From assembly GCF_039654945.1 (NCBI RefSeq), contig NW_027361924.1:6820001-6884000 (forward strand): 64,000 bases of DNA, given 5' to 3'. The stretch is from Dendrobates tinctorius. Lineage: Eukaryota. A model generated the notes under the pieces. It ran no database searches, was not told the origin of the DNA, and was given only the letters and a program-made list of their open reading frames with translations. Below, piece after piece: positions 1-10,600 of this stretch (the first letter of the stretch is position 1; each line of letters opens with the position of its first letter). The position numbers were made by a program, and so were the translations under genes.

Positions 1-3000
1 GAGACGCTACAGCGGGGGGGGTGATGACAGGAGGGAGACGCTACAGCGGGGGGATGACAGGAGGGAGACGCTACAGCGGGGAGGGGGGGATGACAGGAGG
101 GAGACGCTACAGCGGGGGGGGGATGACAGGAGGGAGACGCTACAGCGGGGGGGGGATGACAGGAGGGAGACGCTACAGCGGGGGGGGGATGACAGGAGGG
201 AGACGCTACAGCGGGGGGGGATGACAGGAGGGAGACGCTACAGCGGGGGGGGGATGACAGGAGGGAGACGCTACAGCGGGGGGGGGATGACAGGAGGGAG
301 ACGCTACAGCGGGGGGGGGATGACAGGAGGGAGACGCTACAGCGGGGGGGGGATGACAGGAGGGAGACGCTACAGCGGGGGGGGGATGACAGGAGGGAGA
401 CGCTACAGCGGGGGGATGACAGGAGGGAGACGCTACAGCGGGGGGATGACAGGAGGGAGACGCTACAGCGGGGGGATGACAGGAGGGAGACGCTACAGCG
501 GGGGGATGACAGGAGGGAGACGCTACAGCGGGGGGATGACAGGAGGGAGACGCTACAGCGGGGGGATGACAGGAGGGAGACGCTACAGCGGGGGGATGAC
601 AGGAGGGAGACGCTACAGCGGGGGGATGACAGGAGGGAGACGCTACAGCGGGGGGGGGATGACAGGAGGGAGACGCTACAGCGGGGGGGGGATGAAAGGA
701 GGGAGACGCTACAGCGGGGGGGGGATGAAAGGAGGGAGACGCTACAGCGGGGGGGGATGACAGGAGGGAGACGCTACAGCGGGGGGGGATGACAGGAGGG
801 AGACGCTACAGCGGGGGGGGATGACAGGAGGGAGACGCTACAGCGGGGAGGGGATGACAGGAGGGAGACGCTACAGCGGGGAGGGGGAATGACAGGAGGG
901 AGACGCTGCAGCGGGGGGGGGATGACAGGAGGGAGACGCTGCAGCGGGGGGGGGATGACAGGAGGGAGACGCTGCAGCGGGGGGGGGATGACAGGAGGGA
1001 GACGCTACAGCGGGGAGGGGGAATGACAGGAGGGAGACGCTACAGCGGGGTGGGGGGTGGGATGACAGGAGGGAGACGCTACAGCGGGGGGGGGGATGAC
1101 AGGAGGGAGACGCTACAGCGGGGGGGGGGATGACAGGAGGGAGACGCTACAGCGGGGGGGGGATGACAGGAGGGAGACGCTACAGCGGGGAGGGGGAATG
1201 ACAGGAGGGAGACGCTACAGCGGGGTGGGGGTGGGATGACAGGAGGGAGACGCTACAGCGGGGGGGGGGATGACAGGAGGGAGACGCTACAGCGGGGGGG
1301 GGGGGTGGGATGACAGGAGGGAGACGCTACAGCGGGGGGGGGGTGGGATGACAGGAGGGAGACGCTACAGCGGGGGGGGGTGGGATGACAGGAGGGAGAC
1401 GCTACAGCGGGGGGGGTGGGATGACAGGAGGGAGACGCTACAGCGGGGGGGGGGGATGACAGGAGGGAGACGCTACAGCGGGGAGGGGGAATGACAGGAG
1501 GGAGACGCTACAGCGGGGTGGGGGGTGGGATGACAGGAGGGAGACGCTACAGCGGGGCGGGGAAGACACGAGGGAGACGCTACAGCGGGGGGGGGGATGA
1601 CACGAGGGAGACGCTACAGCGGGGGGGGGATGACACGAGGGAGACGCTACAGCGGGGGGGGGGGATGACAGGAGGGAGACGCCACAGCGGGGGGGGGATG
1701 ACAGGAGGGAGACGCTACAGCGGGGGGGGAGGATGACAGGAGGGAGACGCTACAGCGGGGGGGGGGATGACAGGAGGGAGACGCTACAGCGGGGGGGGGG
1801 GGATGACAGGAGGGAGACGCTACAGCGGGGGGGGGGATGACAGGAGGGAGACGCTACAGCGGGGAGGGGGAATGACAGGAGGGAGACGCTACAGCGGGGA
1901 GGGGGAATGACAGGAGGGAGACGCTACAGCGGGGGGGGATGACAGGAGGGAGACGCTACAGCGGGGGGGGATGACAGGAGGGAGACGCTACAGCGGGGGG
2001 GGATGACAGGAGGGAGACGCTACAGCGGGGGGGGGATGACAGGAGGGAGACGCTACAGCGGGGGGTGGGATGACAGGAGGGAGACGCTACAGCGGGGGGT
2101 GGGATGACAGGAGGGAGACGCTACAGCGGGGGGGGGGTGGGATGACAGGAGGGAGACGCTACAGCGGGGTGGGGGGTGGGATGACAGGAGGGAGACGCTA
2201 CAGCGGGGGGGGATGACAGGAGGGAGACGCTACAGCGGGGAGGGGGAATGACAGGAGGGAGACGCTACAGCGGGGTGGGGGGTGGGATGACAGGAGGGTG
2301 ACGCTACAGCGGGGAGGGGGAATGACAGGAGGGAGACGCTACAGCGGGGAGGGGGAATGACAGGAGGGAGACGCTACAGCGGGGTGGGGGGTGGGATGAC
2401 AGGAGGGAGACGCTACAGCGGGGGTGGGGATGACAGGAGGGAGACGCTACAGCGGGGGGGGATGACAGGAGGGAGCCGCTACAGCGGGGGGGGGGGAATG
2501 ACAGGAGGGAGCCGCTACAGCGGGGTGGGGGTGGGATGACAGGAGGGAGACGCTACAGCGGGGGTGGGATGACAGGAGGGAGACGCTACAGCGGGGGGGG
2601 GGGTGGGATGACAGGAGGGAGACGCTACAGCGGGGGGGGGTGGGATGACAGGAGGGAGACGCTACAGCGGGGGGGGGGTGGGATGACAGGAGGGAGACGC
2701 TACAGCGGGGGGGGGGATGACAGGAGGGAGATGCTACAGCGGGGTGGGGGGTGGGATGACACGAGGGAGACGCTACAGCGGGGGGGGGGATGACACGAGG
2801 GAGACGCTACAGCGGGGGGGGGATGACAGGAGGGAGACGCTACAGCGGGGAGGGGGAATGACAGGAGGGAGACGCTACAGCGGGGTGGGGGGTGGGATGA
2901 CAGGAGGGAGACGCTACAGCGGGGGGGGGGGATGACAGGAGGGAGACGCTACAGCGGGGGGGGGATGACAGGAGGGAGACGCTACAGCGGGGAGGGGGAA

Positions 3001-3050
3001 TGACAGGAGGGAGACGCTACAGCGGGGTGGGGGGGGGGATGACAGGAGGG
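1..3050. repeat. G-rich minisatellite, ~30-36 bp unit GATGACAGGAGGGAGACGCTACAGC(G)n; probably in intron 1 of the divergent gene
   Basis: Directly visible tandem unit with variable G-tract; runs off the window start and ends at ~3050. Confidence 0.97.
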
Positions 3051-3179
3051 CGCCGTGTCTGTACAATACATCTCTCGCACCGGCAGGCGGTTTCCAGCAG
3101 GGGGCAGCAGCTCCTTGGCCGCTCGGGGGTGGGGGGGGGGGTAAGAGGAGTCCACCAATGTCCGAACACCGGGGATGAC

Positions 3180-3735
3180 CCGACTACCCGGAAGTGCGCT
3201 CCCGCTGTAAGTGCCGCTTTCTGTCCTCGGAGGGGTTGGTTACTGGTACCTAGATAACTCACCGTGATGCTGTCAGGGTCCCCGGTGCCTGTCACGTGGT
3301 CCGGTGAAGAGGCAGAACGTCTCATCGCTTCCTCCTCCCACCACCCTCTTACGTCACGTGACTTACACAATCCAGGGCGACAAAAACAACAACAACCGCT
3401 GACAGCCGCCCCACGTGACCCAGCTCGGCCAATGAGCGTTCCGGCGGGTCACGTGCCCGCGCTTTTGTTCTCTGCCTGAACGTTGCGGCCAGTGAGGTAT
3501 CTTCCCGCCTTTTCCTATTGGTGGAGTGTGCGGCGCGGAGGAGGCCGCTGATTGGTCGTCGTCCTGTTCGTGAGCGGCTCCGTTTGACGTGTGTGCGGGA
3601 CGCTGCGTGAGGTGCGAGCACGGCGGGCGGGGGTGTTTCCTGTTGTCCCGGCATCCTCTGCGCGGTCAGTATTCCTTCCTATCCCCACATCCTCCGCCTT
3701 CTCCCCGCGCTCCACTGTCGGTAAGATGGCGGCGA
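3180..3735. promoter_or_regulatory. CpG-island bidirectional promoter of GLYR1 (and UBN1)
   Basis: CpG-rich. CACGTG E-boxes at 3293, 3355, 3412, 3450; CCAAT at 3429 and ATTGG at 3517, 3551; ETS-like CCGGAAGT ~3188; YY1-like AAGATGGCGGC 3723-3733 overlapping the ATG. Confidence 0.8.
3263..3400 (-). other. UBN1: Probable non-coding first exon of a divergently transcribed gene (UBN1 by synteny); 5' end approximate
   Basis: Consensus minus-strand donor ACG|GTGAGT (ACTCAC at 3257-3262) inside the CpG-rich promoter. UBN1 is head-to-head with GLYR1 in human. No UBN1 coding sequence is in the window. Confidence 0.45.
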
Positions 3736-3766
3736 CCGTGAGTCTGCGACAAGGAGATCTGGTGTG
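3726..3766 (+). CDS. GLYR1: GLYR1 exon 1 ([14 protein letters not shown])
   Basis: ATG at 3726, donor TG|GTGAGT. Confidence 0.95.
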
Positions 3767-6700
3767 GTGAGTGCTGGGAGGTGGGAACACCGGGCGGGAG
3801 GTCCCTGGAGACGGGCAGGACACCGAGCAGAGGCCGCGGTGTGGGGTCGGCCAGACGGCGAGCTAGACTGGGAGCGCTGTGCATGAGGACGATCACAGCC
3901 GGTCCGGGGATCTAGTGTGAGGGAGTAGGAGGATCCAGGCAGGGGGATCTGGTGTGAGGGAGAAGGAGGGTCCCAGCAGGGCATCTAGTGTGAGGGAGAG
4001 GAAGGGTCCCGGCGGGGGATCTGGTGTGAGGGAGAGGAAGGATCCCAGCGGGGGATCTGGTGTGAGGGAGAGGAAGGATCCCGGCGGGGGATCTGGTGTG
4101 AGGGAGAGGAAGGATCCCGGCGGGGGATCTGGTGTGAGGGAGAGGAAGGATCCCGGCGGGGGATCTGGTGTGAGGGAGAGGAAGGATCCCGGCGGGGGAT
4201 CTGGTGTGAGGGAGAGGAAGGATCCCGGCGGGGGATCTGGTGTGAGGGAGAAGGAGGATCCAGGCAGGGGGATCTGGTGTGAGGGAGAAGGAGGATCCCA
4301 GCAGGGCATCTAGTGTGAGGGAGAGGAAGGGTCCCGGCGGGGGATCTGGTGTGAGGGAGAGGAAGGATCCCGGCGGGGGATCTGGTGTGAGGGAGAGGAA
4401 GGATCCCGGTGGGGGATCTGGTGTGAGGGAGAGGAAGGGTCCCGGCGGGGGATCTGGTGTGAGGGAGAAGGAGGATCCCAGCAGGGCATCTAGTGTGAGG
4501 GAGAGGAAGGGTCCCGGCGGGGGATCTGGTGTGAGGGAGAGGAAGGGTCCCGGCGGGGGATCTGGTGTGAGGGAGAGGAAGGGTCCCGGCGGGGGATCTG
4601 GTGTGAGGGAGAGGAAGGGTCCCGGCGGGGGATCTGGTGTGAGGGAGAGGAAGGGTCCCGGCGGGGGATCTGGTGTGAGGGAGAGGAAGGGTCCCGGCGG
4701 GGGATCTGGTGTCAGGGACGGGTTGTATTAAAGGTCTTTGGTTTAAAACAAGAAATTGGATCTGGAAGGATCTTGTTTGAAGTGATGTGTGAGGTTTTTC
4801 AATCCAGCAAAGCGAATTAAAAGAAAAATTCTCTATTGAGACTTCATTAATATCGTGCCGCGGGCAGAGGAAACGCCTGACATGTTTGGAGTCTGGCCGA
4901 CACTTAGTCATAGGTGAAGTGATCTAGTCAGGGGATCCAGTATTGGGGATTAGTGATGAATTGTATGTGGATCTACTCTGTATTGTGTGGGGGAATCTAA
5001 TGGGGATCCAAGAAGGATTTTGTCAGCTCTCTGTATTAATGGATCTGGTGTTTAATAGATCATTGTGTATTAGGGAATCTAGAAAGGATCCTGCCGCTGG
5101 ATCGAACACAGGAGACGCATTTGTGGCCTGGATATGAATTTATCTTCGTTTTCTGCCGTGCTGGATGTGTTCCCGTTTCTTACCTCCATCTTTCTTATTC
5201 TTTTTAGGGGAAAGCTGGGTCGCTACCCACCATGGCCCGGAAAGGTGAGTGCGTGATGACCGGGTTACGCGCCCGCAATTCTCGTTATCTGTGTCTGTAA
5301 TGCATGTGTCAGCGGGCGCCGTGTACCCACAGACCAGGGGTGTAGAGTGCGCCGGCATCCAGCTGGAGAGGACTTGTTGGCAGGAGATTGCACTCGGTCA
5401 GTAGCTGCGGCAGCGGTCGGCTTTCTGCTCTCACCGCCTTCTACCTTGCTTATAAGATTAGAGACCCCCTTATGTAAGGCTGTCCTTGTGATGTACCAGG
5501 GTTCGCCGTCCTCACCTTTTCTTCTTCTTATCCGCAGATCGTCAATCCACCAAAAGATTTAAAAAAGCCACGAGGAAAAAAATGTCTGTTCGTGAAATTT
5601 TTTGGCACTGAAGATCAGTAAGTATCACCAAGACATGTCACGGGGGCTCTTGCTGATTGGGGATCAGTGATCACATGATGCCCCCAAAATGGGGTCATTG
5701 TCTGATTACAGATTCATAGAAGGTTTGAAGGGAGTTGTAGTGTAATATACTCCAGCACCAACAGAATAGTGAGTGCAGCTCTGGAGTATAATACAGGAGG
5801 TAACTCAGGATCAGTAATGTAATGTATGTACACAGTGACTGCACCAGCAGAATAGTGAGTGCAGCTCTGGGGTATAATACAGGAGGTAACTCAGGATCAG
5901 TAATGTAATGTATGTACACAGTGACTGCACCAGCAGAATAGTGAGTGCAGCTCTGGGGTATAATACAGGAGGTAACTCAGGATCAGTAATGTAATGTATG
6001 TACACAGTGACTGCACCAGCAGAATAGTGAGTGCAGCTCTGGAGTATAATACAGGATGTAACTCAGGATCAGTAATGTAATGTACTGTATGTACACAGTG
6101 ACTGCACCAGCAGAATAGTGAGTGCAGCTCTGGGGTATAATACAGGAGGTAACTCAGGATCAGTAATGTAATGTATGTACACAGTGACTGCACCAGCAGA
6201 ATAGTGAGTGCAGCTCTGGGGTATAATACAGGGTGTAACTCAGGATCAGTAATGTAATGTATGTACACAGTGACTGCACCAGCAGAATAGTGAGTGCAGC
6301 TCTGGAGTATAATACAGGATGTAACTCAGGATCAGTAATGTATGTACACAGTGACTGCACCAGCAGAATAGTGAGTGCAGCTCTGGAGTATAATACGGAG
6401 TATAATACAGGAGGTAACTCAGGATCAGTAATGTATGTACACAGTGACTGCACCAGCAGAATAGTGAGTGCAGCTCTGGAGTATAATACAGGAGGTAACT
6501 CGGGATCAGTAATGTATGTACACAGTGACTGCACCAGCAGAATAGTGAGGGCAGCTCTGGAGTATAATGCAGGAGGTAACTCAGGATCAGTAATGTAATG
6601 TATGTACACAGTGACTGCACCAGCAGAATAGTAAATGCAGCTCTGGAGTATAATACAGGATCAGTAATGTATCTATGGAGTATTTGGTCCATTATCGGTA

Positions 6701-7554
6701 CCTCCTGACTTACAATGTGTTTTCTCTCAGTGCCTGGATTAAGGTGGAGCAGCTGAAGCCTTATAACCCCCACAAGGAGGAAATGATCAAAGCCAACAAA
6801 GGCAAACGCTTCCAGCAAGCAGTGGACGCAGTGGAGGAATTCATAAAGAAAGTGAAGGCGAGACAAGAACAGGTTAATGATAACGGATTTTCTTCCATCT
6901 TTCAGTAGTGATGGACGTCCCTGTACCCATCAGTCCGGAGGTTTATTTACTGCCTTCATTGGGGTTATCAAGGAATGATAATAGCTCTGGATGGATGAGC
7001 CACTGTGAATGGTCATTAGGACAAACGTATTCACTTCTATGGGGATGACGCCTCATATTTCACACCTGTAGTGTTACCCGTAGATTTGCTGTATTTCCCT
7101 CTAGTTGGGTTTCCACTGTCCTTGCCGTGTTCTAGAGCATTTACTGTCCTCTCAGATCGGAGTGTTTTTTGGTGTGATAGGGGGACATTGGGTTAAAATG
7201 AAATAAAGTGCAGTTTGCCTTCATGTTCACCTCGTCTGTTTGCACTTTGCTCCTTACCACAGATATTTAGTTACTCCTCGTGTTTCTGCACATAACGGTG
7301 CCACCATCAGATATAGAGCCACAGCCATTGGGGGCTATTGGGTCACCTCAGTAGCTGCCATCTTGGCACTCCTTTTATATTTTGCAAAGGTATAAACCCC
7401 CCCCCCCCCCCCTTTTAAAAATAAAGAAATAATATCAAGTGTGGTGTCAACTCTTCTGTGTAAATCCAATCAGAATATACAATTACTTAACCCATAAAGA
7501 GAAGCTGGATCGTAACACCAGAATTGAATTTTCTCAGAAAACAAGAATTCCAAT

Positions 7555-7617
<63 letters not shown>

Positions 7618-10600
7618 TTATTATTATATATTATTTTTTTTTTTTTTTTGTTTATCATATGTGTTTGTCAATGGGAAGGTTAAAAAAAAAAAAAACATTA
7701 TGGGAGGAAAAAGTAATTGAAAAATGAAAAAAAAATCCCCTCTCCGGATGGCATTAATGTGACTTAATCTCGCACACAGATCAGTCACTACTTTGTTTTT
7801 TTGCTTCCCCAGAACGCGAGTGATGACAAAGGCAAACAGAGTGGTGGCAAGAAAGCGGAGGGCAAAGGTAAGAAGCCGGCCGGAGAAAAGAAGAAAAAGT
7901 CGTCTGATGCCGGCTCCAGCAAGCCTAAAAAAAGATCCCAAGAACAGAGCCCACGGAAACGCGGAAGACCACCCAAGGAAGACAAGGTGGGTAACAAGCA
8001 CAACTTAGCTGATGCCGCCGACATCCCCAGGTCACTCGCTGCCCTACTGATAGGAGTAGAGGGATGCATCTTTGTAATGAACTGTTGCGGAAGGCGTAAG
8101 AACCAAAAAAAAGTGGAAGCTTTTTACCATAAAATTTTTCAAATGTTTATTTTAATCAGTATAATGCAACAATGCAGAAAAGTATATATGAACAGGGACA
8201 TCAATACAAAATAAAAGCCGCAAATCATTCAGAGAGGGAAACGTATATCTTGCTGGCACCCCAACGCACGTTTCGCTTTGTCCAGGGGATGTATGCAAAA
8301 CGCGCGTTGGGGTGCCTGCCTCCTTCAGGTATAGATACTAATTTTTGTTAGCACATGTCATGAATTGAAATAATTGTTTTTGTATCTCCTTTACTAGTGT
8401 TTCATTTTGCACATGCACCTTAGGCCTGGATCACACTTCCGTTTTTTCAAATCCGTCAAAATCTGTCATTTTCCGTTAAAAAACGGATCCGCCATTTTTT
8501 TTGGAGGATCCATTTTTTTGTCCCATAGACTTCCATTAGCGGCTACCACGGATCCGTAAAAAAAAGATCCGTTTTTTCACACTTTGGCAGATGCAAAAAA
8601 ACGGATGTGTGAAACAGGCCTTATAAGGGATTAACCCTTTGATTAACTCAATACCAGTTTCCTCTAAGATTTATTTTCTGCACATGCACTCTATATATTA
8701 ATCTATGGGAACTTAGCATAGCAATTACTTTTCCTAGTTTTTGAGAAGTATACGTTTCCCTCTTTATTTAGGCCCGTAAATATGTGATATTATTACCTTG
8801 GGAAGCAATTTTCTTGCCCCTTATGTTTATAATTAATATATATCCTTTTATTTGGCCTCTATAACTTCTATGTCATCTGTTTGTGCCAATTAAAACCTAT
8901 TTTTGCAATGGGCGAACATCTTTTTTCTATATTCTGAATGATTTGCGGCTTTTATTTTGTATTGTTGTGCCTGTTCATATATACTTTTTTGCATTGTTGC
9001 ATTATACTGATTTAAAATAAACATTTGAAAAATTTTATGGTAAAAAGCTTCCACATTTTTTCGGTTCTTATGCTATTTTGCAAGTACCACTTGGTAGGAA
9101 AAACATATTATTTGATTAATTGGGGAAGGCGCAGTGTTGGCTCTTTTATTTTCCTGCTTTTTTTTTTTTTTTTTAGAACTCCAGATCCCCACAGCCAAGC
9201 TCGCTGAAGAAGCTGGCAATGAAGACGGTATCTCGATTCAGTTGGCCTCCACCCACAAGTGAAGTAAGAATAGATCAGCGGCGCCTCCGCTCTTGTGATC
9301 ACTGCAGGGGGCACGCACTCATCTGGCCGCTCTCGCGCCTGTGTGCCTACTGCAGACACCACAGGGGGGCTTCACTATTACAATCCTTCTTGTAGTTTAA
9401 AGAATATGATGGACCCGGTAACTATAGATATTGGAGTCGGCTATTAGGATCCGAGTAACTCCCGTAGATGAGCACAGACATCTCGTAAGCACTGACAGAT
9501 AGGCGTGGGTGGGTCCAATGAATGCTACCCGAGCCTGAGGAGGCTAATGAGCCCTGACCACACAATACAGAAGTGGCTTCAGTTCATTGTACCAGTGAAC
9601 AAATGATTAAGTCTTCATCACTTCTGGGGCCACACAAAAAAAGTTTTAATTGTTCAAAATCTTAAAAAAACAAAATCCCCCAAAAGTAAAAATGTTTACT
9701 CCACCCCAGCTCTTAATCCATAAAATCTAGCCAATAAATAAATAAGTTAGTATTTCTGTTTCTCCAATGATCCGAAATGATGAACACGGATTGTTGCAGA
9801 AAAAGAAATGGCAAATTAATGCCACAGGTACCGATAATAAAAATAGTCACCATGTGCCACAATCAGCAAAGGAGGAAAAAAGTTTTAACAATGGAAATCA
9901 AATTTTCTTTCAATTTTTGGGTAGATATAATATTATAGTATATGAAATCCGCAAAAGAAAATTTGCAGTTGTATTTATTTTCCCGACACCCAAGAATAAA
10001 GTTATAGGGTGATTAATATCACACCGTGAGCACTTTCATAGTGAAACTACTGGGGTGTTTGTTTTTTACATCAAGGGAAAAAAATGCTTTTTCTGTACAT
10101 TTTACAGTTAATTAAATGGCGTCATTAAATAGTGTTGGGATACCAGGAGGGGGCGCGATTGTCGTTTTTCTACCTCTCTGACTATGGTGTTGGGATTTGT
10201 GCCGGGCTCTGATCTTGTCTATGGTGAGCCCATACTAGCCGAGGCGATGGTCTCATGTAAGTACTGGTCTTGGGGAACTATCACTCCCAGCAGTTTGCAG
10301 AGCAGCGGTAACGCCGGCCTCCGTTGTTGAGGGAAGCGGCTCAGTTTCTCTCTCTGTTCGGTTGCAGCGTACCTCGGACGACCCGCACTTCAGCCACTTC
10401 CTGCTCAGCCGGACCGAGAAGGTAGGCCGCACCCAGCGTGCGAGAGCAGCACCAGAGGACGGACCCGCGGGGCGGGCCGCCAAGTTTCCTCAGTTCTTTT
10501 ATCGCTCACGTTCTCCGCAGCGACTTTCCAGGGCGTCCGTCACAACACGTAACACTCGGATGGCGGCCGTCTGTCCAGTGAGGGCTAATACAGTCGTCTG

